This document shows positions 1-14,442 of a stretch of 54,654 bases of DNA, piece after piece. The translations under genes and the position numbers were made by a program. The notes below the pieces were generated by a model. The model had not been told where the DNA came from. It worked only from the letters and a program-made list of their open reading frames with translations, and ran no database searches. This DNA is from Candidatus Babeliales bacterium. Its GTDB lineage: Bacteria > Babelota > Babeliae > Babelales > JABCYS01. The number at the start of each line of letters is the position of its first letter. The stretch's first letter is position 1. The DNA is taken from the NCBI GenBank assembly GCA_016929235.1, contig JAFGJD010000006.1, forward strand, positions 1 through 54,654. Direction: 5' to 3'.

Positions 1-402
1 ATCGCGACCCTCCATCACGATATCATGTTTACGCGAAAACTCTCGTTGAAATTTTAAGAGTGAATCACGAACATATTGATTAGTAGAGACACGGGAGGAT
101 AGCTCATCCATAACACCCGTCTTTAGATGCTGGGTTATATCTACACCCTTAAAAACCAGTTGTGCCCCTGTCTCAGGTTTATAAAAATAGCTCAGGTTAT
201 TTTTTGCAAGCGCCTCGGCGACATCTTCTTGGCGAGGCGCTCCTATAGTAGCGACAGAGTATCCGTAATGCGTTGATAAAATATATGCTAAAGCTCTGTA
301 CAGAAGCCCTGTGGAAACATAATAAAAACAAAGTTCTTTTGCCAGGAGACGAGCCATCGTTGATTTGCCGCTTGCCGCGGGACCATCAATCGAAATTATC
401 AT
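1..402 (-). CDS. cmk: Cytidylate kinase (partial, runs off the window start)
   Basis: Hand translation: MIISIDGPAASGKSTMARLLAKEL...STGLLYRALA...VMEGRD; P-loop plus the typical Cmk motifs; not in the ORF track because it is truncated. Confidence 0.93.
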   Translation of the reverse strand, partial: MIISIDGPAASGKSTMARLLAKELCFYYVSTGLLYRALAYILSTHYGYSVATIGAPRQEDVAEALAKNNLSYFYKPETGAQLVFKGVDITQHLKTGVMDELSSRVSTNQYVRDSLLKFQREFSRKHDIVMEGRD

Positions 403-417
403 ATAAAAACCCCATAG

Positions 418-2145
418 TTACACAGCGATATCAATACCGGTTAATTCAATATTTGTCTTTCCATTCCAATAATTTTCGTGAACCTGCGCTGCAACTGAGA
501 ACGATTCGGTGCCCATGTTTTGTAAAACGTCAAATAGATCTGGCCTATTGAAAAAAATAACTGGCTTTATAATTCCTTCAGCAAAGATCTGACATTTGAC
601 ATGCGCATCTTTCAAAATACGCGGCGCTTGTACCAACGACACATCGTGAAGCACAAAGACTGGCATCTCATTTGCATTGCCAAACGGCTCAAGATACGCC
701 ATATCCTGCAAAGTGCGTTTGTTAAGATCAGGCAATTTAAGTGCTGCATGTATAACGAGCTTTTGCTTAAGATCCTCTTCGCTCAATTGCTCACGAATAC
801 AGTGTTCCATATGTTCTTTTAAAGCAGGAACGGATGTTAAAAGTAAGGATAATCCAGCAGCATTCGCATGACCGCCAAAACTCGTCAGAAGATGCTCGCC
901 AGATTTCAATGCTTGAAAGATATCAAATTCAGGGATAGAACGGCACGATCCCTTTGCAATGCCATCCTTACTGAGGTGCAAGAGAATCGTAGGCTTACCG
1001 TAGGCACCAACTAATCGTGACGCAACCAATCCGATCACACCTGGCGGCCATGATTCGCTTGCAGCGATAATGCAATGTTCTTTTTTAAGATTAATATGCC
1101 CCGCTTCAATTTCTGCTACTACCTCGTTAAAGATAGATTTCTCGATATCCTTACGAGCCTGATTTAGCTCATACAACACTGCACCAATATGCTCTGTTTC
1201 TTTTTTATCTGTTCCCAAAAGAAACTTTACACCTTTCCGTGGATCTTCCAGGCGACCGAGTGCATTCAATTGAGGAGCCACCGCAAATCCAATATCGCTC
1301 GATGACACCGATGGTTTTATAAGATTGACATTACTGCATAACACCTGCAATGAGTAGCTCGTATTCTCCTTGACTATCCGCAACCCTTCGCGCACCCAGA
1401 ACCGATTTTCACCTAATAATGGAACAACGTCTGCTATTGTACCTAACAAAAGAAACTCATAGACACGCTCAGGCAATTGCATTTTTTTGTATTCGTACAA
1501 GAGAGACATCACTTTAAAAATAACACCAACTCCAGCGAGATACTTAAATGGATATTCACAATCCTGGCGTTGTGGATTAACAATTGCATACGCATTGGGC
1601 AGCTGATCATGTGGTTTATGGTGATCTGTTATAACAACATCAATATCATTTGCCTGTGCTAGCTCAACTGCTTCGTGCGCCGTAATTCCGTTATCTACGG
1701 TAATAATCAACGAATAGCCGCTATCGATAGCTTTCCCCACAATTTTCTTCGAAAGACCATACCCATCTCTTACTCGATGCGGCAGATAAAAATTTACCTT
1801 AGCACCCAATGGCAAGAGACATTCAAGTGCAAGTGCAGTTGATGAAATACCATCAACATCGTAGTCGCCAAAAATAAGTATCTTTTCTTGTGCTTCAACC
1901 GCACGAATAATTCTTTGTACTGCCTTTTCAGCATCTTGAAGCAACGATGCATGCGCAACATCTTTCTCATACGAACTAAATAGAAACGAATCGATTTTTT
2001 CTCGCGATGTTAACCCGCGGTATTGAAGAACTTGCACAATAGGAAGAGAAAGATTGTAAAGAGATGCGAGGTCTAAACTCTGTTGTTCATCTACATGTGG
2101 CAAAAGCCACATGTACTTAGCACCCTGCAAAAAGGTGTTGGGCAT
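418..2145 (-). CDS. recJ: Single-stranded-DNA-specific exonuclease RecJ
   Basis: GDYDVDG, TVDNG, TDHH, GSCRS and FGGH motifs of the DHH/DHHA1 family. Confidence 0.96.
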   Translation of the reverse strand: MPNTFLQGAKYMWLLPHVDEQQSLDLASLYNLSLPIVQVLQYRGLTSREKIDSFLFSSYEKDVAHASLLQDAEKAVQRIIRAVEAQEKILIFGDYDVDGISSTALALECLLPLGAKVNFYLPHRVRDGYGLSKKIVGKAIDSGYSLIITVDNGITAHEAVELAQANDIDVVITDHHKPHDQLPNAYAIVNPQRQDCEYPFKYLAGVGVIFKVMSLLYEYKKMQLPERVYEFLLLGTIADVVPLLGENRFWVREGLRIVKENTSYSLQVLCSNVNLIKPSVSSSDIGFAVAPQLNALGRLEDPRKGVKFLLGTDKKETEHIGAVLYELNQARKDIEKSIFNEVVAEIEAGHINLKKEHCIIAASESWPPGVIGLVASRLVGAYGKPTILLHLSKDGIAKGSCRSIPEFDIFQALKSGEHLLTSFGGHANAAGLSLLLTSVPALKEHMEHCIREQLSEEDLKQKLVIHAALKLPDLNKRTLQDMAYLEPFGNANEMPVFVLHDVSLVQAPRILKDAHVKCQIFAEGIIKPVIFFNRPDLFDVLQNMGTESFSVAAQVHENYWNGKTNIELTGIDIAV

Positions 2146-2211
2146 GTCTATCCTCGAATAATAACATGCCCAACATAATGCTATAGATCCGCGTATGACG
2201 CAAGCTAGAAA

Positions 2212-2652
2212 TCATTGATGCCCGTCTTCGTGATCCCATGAGATCGAAAGTTTTGGATATGGAGTGTCTGGATTGATTTTAATCACGTAATACTGGTTTT
2301 TTCTTATCTTATCTCTTGAAGTAGCAGACACGCCGGTTACCTGGCCACGCTTCGTCCAGATATCTTGTGGAGTCCAGAGATTATTGAAGGAGGGTTCTTC
2401 AGTGCCCGTTTTTTCTGAAAGAGTTGCCCTTAACCCAGTTCCGACAGCTTCAAGCCTTAACTTCCATTTACCTCTTACAACCTCTCCAAATGCAGTCGCA
2501 GTGTGCCATCGAGAATGTTTTAAATCTTTCAAATCACTGGATAAAGAACTATCGACCTCGACACAGTATTGAGCCACGGGGAAATACACATAGCCACATA
2601 CAGTACCACATAATAATAAGATACCCACTAGTAAACTAATCGTAAGCTTCAT
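2212..2652 (-). CDS. Hypothetical exported protein
   Basis: 146-aa ORF, GGAG RBS, hydrophobic N-terminus MKLTISLLVGILLLC. Confidence 0.7.
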   Translation of the reverse strand: MKLTISLLVGILLLCGTVCGYVYFPVAQYCVEVDSSLSSDLKDLKHSRWHTATAFGEVVRGKWKLRLEAVGTGLRATLSEKTGTEEPSFNNLWTPQDIWTKRGQVTGVSATSRDKIRKNQYYVIKINPDTPYPKLSISWDHEDGHQ

Positions 2653-2720
2653 AGATTCTCCTCTCAGTACACATCACATAACATCACAGTAACAAGAAGA
2701 GATTATCTAAGACAATGGTA

Positions 2721-4223
2721 TTACTCATTTTTGGTTTTCAAAGTTGGAAAGAGAATCACATCCTTAATGGAAGTCGTATTAGTCACCAACATCGTTAAAC
2801 GATCGATACCAACACCAACGCCAACGGTAGGAGGAAGACCATACTCAAGCGCACGCACATAGTCATCATCATAGTGCATCGCTTCAACATCACCCTCGCT
2901 TTTTGCTTGTGCCTGTTCCCTAAAACGCTCTGCTTGATCAAATGGGTCATTAAGCTCGTTGAATCCATTAGCAAGTTCCATGCCACCGATAAACAACTCA
3001 AACCGTGCGGCAATTGTTGGATTATCTTTATCACGCTTTGCAAGCGGAGAGACCTCAATTGGAAAATCTATGATAAAGGTTGGATAAATTAATTTTCCTT
3101 CCACCAACTCTTCAAACAATATATAGATCTTTTCATTATATGAAGCATGTTGACGCGGTACGGCAATCTTGTGCTTTTTCAAGGTAGCATCAATAAATTT
3201 TTCGGAGATTTCTTTCTCTGATAAACCACCAATCTCAATCAATGATGATCTCATCGGAATACGTGCAAATGATGCTGAGAAATCAATCGTCTGCTCACCA
3301 AATGAAACCTTTAGTGCTCCTACAGCTTCCGTCATGGCAGAACGGATCAACGCTTCGACAAATGCCATCGCATATTCGTAATCCTGATATGCCGTATAAA
3401 ATTCAAGCATGGTAAATTCAGGATTATGCTTGGTTGAAATCCCTTCATTTCTGAAATTACGATTAATCTCATATACACGCTCAAAACCCCCAACAACCAA
3501 TCGTTTCAAATATAGTTCAGGAGCAATTCGCAAATACAGATCCATATCATAAGTATTATGGTGCGTTACAAACGGTCGCGCATTCGCACCACCTGGAATC
3601 GGATGAAGCATTGGTGTTTCTACTTCAAGATAACCATGATCATCTAAATAACGACGTAGCTCACGGACCAACTTAGATCGAATTATAAACTTATCTTTAG
3701 TTTCTGGATTACTCATCAGGTCGAGGTACCGCTGACGATATCGTACTTCTATATCAGCAAGACCATGATATTTTTCTGGAAGCGGATGTAGACATTTACT
3801 TAAGAGGACAAACTTAGCAACCTTCAGAGTTATCTCACCCGTCTTGGTCTTAAATGAGGTCCCCGTTACCCAGACAATATCGCCCATATCTATCATGGTG
3901 TTAAAGAGGGTAAATGCCTCTTCGCCTACAACATCTTGACGAATGTAGAGTTGTAAGCGATCATCTTGGTCTTGGAGATTTGCAAAAATTGTTTTGCCGT
4001 GATGACGAATAGTCATAAGTCGACCAGCAAGCGAATATTCAACAATCTCCTGCTCATCATCAAAGCGAGAAATGATTGTTTTTGTTGTGATTCCAACAGG
4101 TATACATGGTGGCCATGCTTCTATACCCTGTTCTTTGAGCTTGGCAACTTTTTCCACACGTACATCGTGCTCACTGCGATCCGTGTCTTGCATCGTATTT
4201 TGGGACGTTGGTTTTGTATCCAT
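2721..4223 (-). CDS. lysS: Lysine--tRNA ligase (class II)
   Basis: YRQRYLDL, YLRIAPELYLKRL, FRNEG, HNPEFT, GIDRL motifs. Confidence 0.98.
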   Translation of the reverse strand: MDTKPTSQNTMQDTDRSEHDVRVEKVAKLKEQGIEAWPPCIPVGITTKTIISRFDDEQEIVEYSLAGRLMTIRHHGKTIFANLQDQDDRLQLYIRQDVVGEEAFTLFNTMIDMGDIVWVTGTSFKTKTGEITLKVAKFVLLSKCLHPLPEKYHGLADIEVRYRQRYLDLMSNPETKDKFIIRSKLVRELRRYLDDHGYLEVETPMLHPIPGGANARPFVTHHNTYDMDLYLRIAPELYLKRLVVGGFERVYEINRNFRNEGISTKHNPEFTMLEFYTAYQDYEYAMAFVEALIRSAMTEAVGALKVSFGEQTIDFSASFARIPMRSSLIEIGGLSEKEISEKFIDATLKKHKIAVPRQHASYNEKIYILFEELVEGKLIYPTFIIDFPIEVSPLAKRDKDNPTIAARFELFIGGMELANGFNELNDPFDQAERFREQAQAKSEGDVEAMHYDDDYVRALEYGLPPTVGVGVGIDRLTMLVTNTTSIKDVILFPTLKTKNE

Positions 4224-4300
4224 AGCGCAAAGCTCTTATTAGTTACGGGTTATTTTTGCTTGACTACTGCTAAGCAGTATACAAAACCAAAGCTATTTTG

Positions 4301-4912
4301 CTAAGAAACGGCATTTTTATAAAGTTGCTCAACGGTATCCCAATTGACGACGTGCCACCAGGCAGTAATAAAATCAGGCCGCTTATTCTGGTATTTTAGG
4401 TAGTACGCGTGCTCCCAGAGATCGAGGGCAAGAAGAGGCTCCTTACCATAAGACAATGGCGTATCTTGATCCTGTGTTGTCATGATCTCAAGCGTATGCT
4501 CTGATGTCACTACTAACCATGTCCAGCCACTTCCAAACAACGACCGAGCCGCCCCTGTAAAACGATCCTTGAAGGAATCAAAACTACCAAATTCCTGTTC
4601 AATTGCATGTGCCACCTCACCTTGGGGAGTACCCCCACCACCCGGCTTCATGCAGGTCCAGAACAAGGTATGATTTGCAAAACCACCTCCGAAATTCCGC
4701 AGGCCATGACGAATATCTTCAGGAATCGAGTCCAGATGCCGCAATAAATCATTAATGGTTTGCTTGAAAAGTTCTGGATGTTTTTGAAGAAGTTCATTGG
4801 TCTTGTTCAAATATCCACGATGATGTCGATCATAATGAATCTCCATTGTTCGAGCGTCAAGATATGGCTCAAGCGCATCATATGAATAAGGAAGTGGAGG
4901 AAGAACAAACAT
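4301..4912 (-). CDS. sodA: Fe/Mn superoxide dismutase
   Basis: LPPLPYSYDALEP, HH, NHTLFW, DLWEHAYY motifs; metal specificity not determined. Confidence 0.95.
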   Translation of the reverse strand: MFVLPPLPYSYDALEPYLDARTMEIHYDRHHRGYLNKTNELLQKHPELFKQTINDLLRHLDSIPEDIRHGLRNFGGGFANHTLFWTCMKPGGGGTPQGEVAHAIEQEFGSFDSFKDRFTGAARSLFGSGWTWLVVTSEHTLEIMTTQDQDTPLSYGKEPLLALDLWEHAYYLKYQNKRPDFITAWWHVVNWDTVEQLYKNAVS

Positions 4913-4921
4913 GAATATCCT

Positions 4922-5380
4922 TTAGTTCCTTAGAGCAATATTTGCTGTTGCATCAGCGGCTTCAAAAAACTTTTTGGTAAAGTCGATCACAAGCGTGGGA
5001 TCATAAAGTTTACAGCTAAAGACGTCAATATAGGCAGTGTTGGTAAAATTAGCAAAATGGCCTGAAATAAGTGAGGTTTCAATTAATTGAGTCATGGAAA
5101 ATCCAGAAACTTTTTCATCATCCCCAAAGTGTACGACCTGGCATTCTCCAAATCGTCGCATCTCAATCAACTCGCATAATTGTACTACATAATCACGGAT
5201 TGCATCAGCTGAACGTATCGTCTCAGGATTACAATCATGAAGATCAATACTCGTCAGCACACCCCACACCTCTCCCTGATCGTATGCTTCTTGAATTGTT
5301 TCATATGAATCGCATCGAACAGCTGCATGTACATTAATAAAACCAACTGTCATAATCAGAGCTAAACATAATTTCTTCAT
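4922..5380 (-). CDS. speD: S-adenosylmethionine decarboxylase-family (pyruvoyl) proenzyme with N-terminal signal-like peptide
   Basis: IDLHDC...GFSMTQLIETSLISGHF...YIDVFSCK matches the prokaryotic SpeD fold; substrate uncertain. Confidence 0.8.
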   Translation of the reverse strand: MKKLCLALIMTVGFINVHAAVRCDSYETIQEAYDQGEVWGVLTSIDLHDCNPETIRSADAIRDYVVQLCELIEMRRFGECQVVHFGDDEKVSGFSMTQLIETSLISGHFANFTNTAYIDVFSCKLYDPTLVIDFTKKFFEAADATANIALRN

Positions 5381-5394
5381 TGAATCACTTTTCC

Positions 5395-5688
5395 TTATTC
5401 AGTAATACTGCTGCGATAATACACAATATCGCCCTCGCGGGCTAAACCGAGATGCTCTCGTGCTAATTTTTCCTTATAAAATGAATCTGTTTTCCAACGA
5501 TCTATTTCACACTCGAGCTTTGCCACCTCAATCCTCTGGGCGGCGATTTTATCAGATAATCCGAGATTCTCAATATGAAGTTGTCGACGAGCTTGTATTC
5601 CATGTGTACCACATAAATACATAAAAATAAAAACAACAACTTCTATACCAAAAAAAATACGAAACAGTGTTTGTTTTAAGGACAGCAT
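5395..5688 (-). CDS. ftsB: Septum formation initiator FtsB/DivIC family
   Basis: One TM helix, short coiled coil, EKLAREHLGLAREGD motif. Confidence 0.85.
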   Translation of the reverse strand: MLSLKQTLFRIFFGIEVVVFIFMYLCGTHGIQARRQLHIENLGLSDKIAAQRIEVAKLECEIDRWKTDSFYKEKLAREHLGLAREGDIVYYRSSITE

Positions 5689-5779
5689 ACCCCGCTCCCT
5701 TTCTTAAAGAATAAACTAGCATCACCGTACTCAATTATGGTACCTTACGTACAGAGTTATCATCAAAAAAGGAATAGTA

Positions 5780-7270
5780 ATGAAGTCAGCAATTCTCTCT
5801 GTTATCCTCTGCATGCCCATTCTTGCTCAAGAAGAACCTATCCTTGCAGACACATCACAAGAACCAGAAAATCATGATGCATTCGACAAGGAGATCTATA
5901 ACTGGACTAAGACGCTCTCTGAGGCATTCCACCTCATGAAGACAAAATATTACGTTAAGAAATTTGATATCCAAGATGCAATGTCCAATTGTATCGATTC
6001 ATTTGTGAGCCAAGATCCACACAGCTCCTTCATGAATCCAAAGTCATACAAAGATATCATTGACTCAACAAACGGAGAGTTTTTTGGAATCGGCGTGGTT
6101 ATCTCAACAAACAAAGCCCCCGAGGAAGAATTTCTTCCTATCCTGGATACTGTTCCTGATGGCCCAGCAGATCACGCTGGACTGGTGCAAGGTGATAAGA
6201 TTATTGAGATTGATGGCCTAGCGCTCAGAGGCATGACTTCTGATGAAGCAACTGCAAAATTAAAAGGTGAGCGTAATTCAAAAGTTCACTTAAAGGTCAT
6301 TCGTGATGGATACGCTGAGCCACTGAAATTTGATATTACTCGTGACGTTGTCAAGGATCAAAATTCACTGTGTTACCACTTTAAAGACAATGATGTGTAC
6401 TACATTCATTTGGCAATGTTCACACAAAACGCTCCGCAACAAATTGAAGCTCTTCTCCAAAAAGCTCAAAAAAAATCATGCAAAGGCATTATACTCGACC
6501 TACGCAATAACTCAGGAGGCCTTCTTCCCTCAGCAGTTGATCTTGCGGGTATTTTTATTGATAAGGGCAGTGTTGTCGTTACAACTCGCGATCGCAACAA
6601 TACGATCCAGGAAACGTTCTCTACCACACGCGATCCGATCAATATCTCAGGAATACCTCTTTTTGTCCTCGTAAATAACTATACCGCATCCGCAGCAGAA
6701 ATTCTTGCGGGCTGTCTTCAAACCTATGCCGATCGCATAGCACAACAATCAAAAAATAAAAAACAGGATAGATTGTTAGTTTTCCTTGTTGGCACAACTA
6801 CATTTGGAAAAGGCTCTGTACAAGAAGTAATACCAGTCAGCAATGATTGCGCCGTTAAAATAACTACATCATTATATTTTTTACCAAACAACATCACGAT
6901 TCAAGGTGTCGGTATAACACCCGACATAACGATTGATAGTAAGCTGCCGCCAACAGAACAGATGGTCTGGGTCAATAAACATTATGGCCGAGAAAGCGCG
7001 CTGAAACATTCCATCAAAACTAATGCGCAAGAAAAAGATGCTCAGAAAAAATCTAAAAATACTGGCGAAGAAAAAACTGAAAAAAAATCAACGAAAGAGC
7101 GTCGTAAAGAAATGATCATGCGTGATTCACAAATTCAAGATACACTTACCTGTATTAATATCTTGAACCTAAACCCGCAAGCATGGAATGCCAGAACTGA
7201 TGCAATCAAACTATTGAAGAAAACATTTGTGAATGGTAACGAACTTGTTCTAGAAGAAGTAAAGGCATAA
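5780..7270 (+). CDS. ctpA: C-terminal processing protease, S41 family (PDZ domain)
   Basis: Signal peptide, GIG (PDZ), ILDLRNNSGG, TASAAE, TFGKG motifs. Confidence 0.93.
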   Translation: MKSAILSVILCMPILAQEEPILADTSQEPENHDAFDKEIYNWTKTLSEAFHLMKTKYYVKKFDIQDAMSNCIDSFVSQDPHSSFMNPKSYKDIIDSTNGEFFGIGVVISTNKAPEEEFLPILDTVPDGPADHAGLVQGDKIIEIDGLALRGMTSDEATAKLKGERNSKVHLKVIRDGYAEPLKFDITRDVVKDQNSLCYHFKDNDVYYIHLAMFTQNAPQQIEALLQKAQKKSCKGIILDLRNNSGGLLPSAVDLAGIFIDKGSVVVTTRDRNNTIQETFSTTRDPINISGIPLFVLVNNYTASAAEILAGCLQTYADRIAQQSKNKKQDRLLVFLVGTTTFGKGSVQEVIPVSNDCAVKITTSLYFLPNNITIQGVGITPDITIDSKLPPTEQMVWVNKHYGRESALKHSIKTNAQEKDAQKKSKNTGEEKTEKKSTKERRKEMIMRDSQIQDTLTCINILNLNPQAWNARTDAIKLLKKTFVNGNELVLEEVKA

Positions 7271-7971
7271 TGAACCACCCACTCAATAAATATTTGGCAC
7301 AAGCTGGCGTAACGTCACGGCGGAAGGCCGTCGACTTAATAAAGTCAGGCGCTGTAACGGTCAATAACCATGTCGTTAAAGAGCCTTATCATCAAGTATC
7401 CAGTGATGACACAATCAAAGTAAACGGAGCGTTAATTCATCAGATCATTGTAAAACACGTATTTATTCTCAATAAACCTAAGGGATACATAACAACCACA
7501 TCTGATGATCGCAAGCGTAGAACCGTTATGGATCTGTTTGTCGACATCAAAGAGCGACTCTTTCCTATAGGAAGACTCGATAAAGACACAACTGGTGTAT
7601 TACTCATCACCAACGATGGAGACTTAGCCCATAAACTCTCACACCCCCGCTACGAAGTTGCCAAAGTCTATGACGTGGTCCTTGATCGTCCATTTGAGCA
7701 TAGGGATTATGAACTCATCAAGCGAGGGCTTCGACTCTCAGACGGTATAATCAAAGTGGATCACATTGTTTACAGAAAGCACAGTAAAAAGGTTAGGCTC
7801 TCACTACACAGCGGTAAAAATAGAATCGTTCGCAGGATCTTCGAGCACATCGGCTATGAGGTCAAGGCACTCGATCGAAAAGCTTACGCAGGGCTAACGC
7901 ACTTCGGTCTTGCGCGAGGCGCATGGCGATCGTTGACTAAGCAAGAGCACTCAAAATTGACTGCACGCTAA
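7270..7971 (+). CDS. rRNA pseudouridine synthase, RsuA/RluB family
   Basis: S4 domain (LNKYLAQAGVTSRR), LNKPKG, catalytic GRLD. Confidence 0.93.
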   Translation: MNHPLNKYLAQAGVTSRRKAVDLIKSGAVTVNNHVVKEPYHQVSSDDTIKVNGALIHQIIVKHVFILNKPKGYITTTSDDRKRRTVMDLFVDIKERLFPIGRLDKDTTGVLLITNDGDLAHKLSHPRYEVAKVYDVVLDRPFEHRDYELIKRGLRLSDGIIKVDHIVYRKHSKKVRLSLHSGKNRIVRRIFEHIGYEVKALDRKAYAGLTHFGLARGAWRSLTKQEHSKLTAR

Positions 7972-7973
7972 TA

Positions 7974-8423
7974 TTAACGTTTCACGAATTGGAACTTACG
8001 ACGAGCCGCTTTTTGTCCATACTTCTTACGTTCCTTGTTGCGAGAGTCCACGGTCAAGAGACCATGTTTACGAAGTACAGATTTAAGGGATTCGTCAGTG
8101 CTAAGAAGAGCTCGTGCAAAGCCAAGTTTGACGGCATCAGCCTGACCAGCCTTACCTCCACCTTCAACAGAAACACGAACATCGTAATGAGACGCTTCAG
8201 CGCATACTCGCAATGGAGCAGTCGCTGAGAGACGGGACACTTCGGTATCAAAATATGATTCGGCAGGATAGTCGTTAACCATCATCTTGCCCGCACCGCG
8301 GTACAGCCATACACGCGCAACGGCGGCCTTACGACGGCCTACGCCATGCCCTGATTGAATGGGAGTTTTTTTGACTGCTTTCGCTGGTTTCTTGGTGGGG
8401 CGAGCTGCCTTCTTTTGTACCAT
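7974..8423 (-). CDS. rpsI: 30S ribosomal protein S9
   Basis: GRRKAAVARV, GGGKAGQA, ERKKYG...FQFVKR; start placed at ATG 8423 (AAGGA upstream). Confidence 0.97.
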   Translation of the reverse strand: MVQKKAARPTKKPAKAVKKTPIQSGHGVGRRKAAVARVWLYRGAGKMMVNDYPAESYFDTEVSRLSATAPLRVCAEASHYDVRVSVEGGGKAGQADAVKLGFARALLSTDESLKSVLRKHGLLTVDSRNKERKKYGQKAARRKFQFVKR

Positions 8424-8501
8424 ATACCGATTAATCCTTGGTTCTATGTAAAAACGGTGATCCAAAGCGATCACCAGATTCTATCAATGATATCACTAGA
8501 T

Positions 8502-8529
8502 ATGATAGCCCAACGACCTGATTTGTCAA
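8502..8529 (-). promoter_or_regulatory. Putative sigma70 promoter for rpsI
   Basis: TTGACA-N16-TATCAT on the minus strand. Confidence 0.6.
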
Positions 8530-8537
8530 AATGAACC

Positions 8538-8613
<76 letters not shown>

Positions 8614-8642
8614 AGCACTGTCTTGGGTTATGGCCTTTAAGT

Positions 8643-9005
8643 CTACCCTTCTAAGGCTTCTTGGCAAGCCAAACACCTAGTTGCATTGAGGTAAACACTT
8701 AATCGCTTTTCCGAGATGGGCTGCCCACAATCCACACAGATACCGTATTCGCCCGAATCGATGCGATCTATTACCTGGCGAATCATATTGTACTCTTCGA
8801 TTTCCTTATCCTGGAGTGAACTCCTGAGAGCCTCCATAGTCGACGAGAGAGCCTGGTCACCTATATCCTGGACCTGATCATCTGAGAACTTTTCGCTATA
8901 AAGCTCAACGAGTTCTTGTTCAAGCTGCTGTTTACGCTCCATCAGCTTATCCTTAATCCTCCCCAGATCCTGACGCACCTCTACTGAACTTTTTACCGCG
9001 CTCAC
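8643..9005 (-). CDS. dksA: DksA/TraR family C4 zinc-finger protein
   Basis: DIGDQA coiled-coil tip, YGICVDCGQPI...RL...CLAC. Confidence 0.88.
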   Translation of the reverse strand: MSAVKSSVEVRQDLGRIKDKLMERKQQLEQELVELYSEKFSDDQVQDIGDQALSSTMEALRSSLQDKEIEEYNMIRQVIDRIDSGEYGICVDCGQPISEKRLSVYLNATRCLACQEALEG

Positions 9006-9477
9006 TACCTACCCTTTTTTTTCTAAAAAATTCACGTAACAACTCTCCTGCTTCATGCGCTTTAACCCCACCGATTATCTCGAAAGGCAGCGTCCTGTCT
9101 CTGTATATCGAAAGTGTTCCAAGCTTGTCAAGATGAAAGCCAAACACAGGAGAATCTGCACCGTATATTACTCCTGCAAGCCGGCTTAATGCTATGGCAT
9201 GCAAACACATGGCACACGGCTCTAACGTCACATACAACCAAAATCCGTCTAGTCTCCAATCCCCATTTTTTTCACCTGCCTTGCGAAGAGCAAGTAATTC
9301 AGCATGGGCGGTTTGCGTATCAGTAGACTCTACTTGATTGTGCGCACGGGCAATCAGTGTACCATGCTTGTCAACCACAACGGCACCAACAGGAACCTCA
9401 TCCTTATCGAACGCCTTGTGCGCCTGCTTAAGCGCCTCTTGCATAAAACGTTCTCGGACTTTTTGGGGAATCTGCAT
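8953..9477 (-). CDS. tadA: tRNA adenosine(34) deaminase
   Basis: EVPVGAV, HAE, LYVTLEPCAMC, FFR motifs. Confidence 0.92.
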   Translation of the reverse strand: MQIPQKVRERFMQEALKQAHKAFDKDEVPVGAVVVDKHGTLIARAHNQVESTDTQTAHAELLALRKAGEKNGDWRLDGFWLYVTLEPCAMCLHAIALSRLAGVIYGADSPVFGFHLDKLGTLSIYRDRTLPFEIIGGVKAHEAGELLREFFRKKRVGSERGKKFSRGASGSGED

Positions 9478-9564
9478 CAAATATACTCCGCACGCATTTT
9501 AAAATCATGACTTATTATCACCAGTATATTGGAAAAAATTACCAGATAATAGTAAGCTACCTGA

Positions 9565-13380
<3,816 letters not shown>

Positions 13381-13461
13381 ATTTTGATGCAACATCATCA
13401 AACAGCGATACTTAATATTTCAGGAAGCTATTATTGTCCGATCTAAAAAGATGAGGCCTCC

Positions 13462-14442
13462 ATGAACAAAGACATTAAAACGTTCATCAAAAATAATCAG
13501 CTCATTAAAGACAGAGAGACCATTGTACTTGGGCTTTCAGGCGGCCCCGATTCAATTTTTCTACTTCATCTTCTTGCTGAATATTACAAAAAAGGAACCA
13601 TTAAACTAATAGGCGCACATCTCGATCATCAATGGCGGACAGATTCAGGCAAGGACACAGAATTCTGCAAAGAATCCTGCAATGAATTGAATGTTCCGTT
13701 TGTATCTGCAACAGCTGCATCATTAAATCTTAATTTGAAAAAGGGCTCTAAAGAGGAACAGGGCCGCATCATGCGACGCTATTTTCTCGAAACGGTGGCC
13801 TATGAACATAAAGCGCAGTTGATTGCTCTTGCACATCATGCGCAGGATCAACAAGAAACATTTTTTATTCGTTTGATTCGTGGAACCACGCTCAGCGGAT
13901 TGACCGGAATGAGACCACAGTATGGCGCATACATTCGTCCCCTTCTTGAAACAAATAAATCTGACATTCTCAAATATCTTGATGACCATAAAATTGCATA
14001 TCTAACTGATCCAACAAATGTATCCGATGAATACTTACGGAATCGCATTAGAAAGCGTGTGATGCCTGCACTACAAGAATGTGATTCAAGATTTGACCAA
14101 AATTTCACTCGAACAATGTACAACTTGCAAGCAAGTGAACAAGTGCTTGAGCAGTTAACATTGGGAACATTTCAACAACTTGCTAGTAAAAAAAATGATG
14201 GATATCAGCTCACCTACAAAACACTGCTACAATTACATCCGTATCTCCAAAAGCGCATTTTAATGTTCTGGATGATTGTAGAACGAGTCATCTTCACACC
14301 AACTGATACATTCCTTGATGAAATTATTCGGTTCCTACTCCAACCTACAAGCAAAGCTCATACACTGCATCAGACATGGAAACTCGTGAAAACGAAGGAC
14401 ACATGCTATATAGATCACACAGATAGCGATACAAGTCTTTGA
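13462..14442 (+). CDS. tilS: tRNA(Ile)-lysidine synthetase (short form)
   Basis: SGGPDS PP-loop, AHHAQDQQET, IRPLL, DPTN, RNRIR. Confidence 0.94.
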   Translation: MNKDIKTFIKNNQLIKDRETIVLGLSGGPDSIFLLHLLAEYYKKGTIKLIGAHLDHQWRTDSGKDTEFCKESCNELNVPFVSATAASLNLNLKKGSKEEQGRIMRRYFLETVAYEHKAQLIALAHHAQDQQETFFIRLIRGTTLSGLTGMRPQYGAYIRPLLETNKSDILKYLDDHKIAYLTDPTNVSDEYLRNRIRKRVMPALQECDSRFDQNFTRTMYNLQASEQVLEQLTLGTFQQLASKKNDGYQLTYKTLLQLHPYLQKRILMFWMIVERVIFTPTDTFLDEIIRFLLQPTSKAHTLHQTWKLVKTKDTCYIDHTDSDTSL

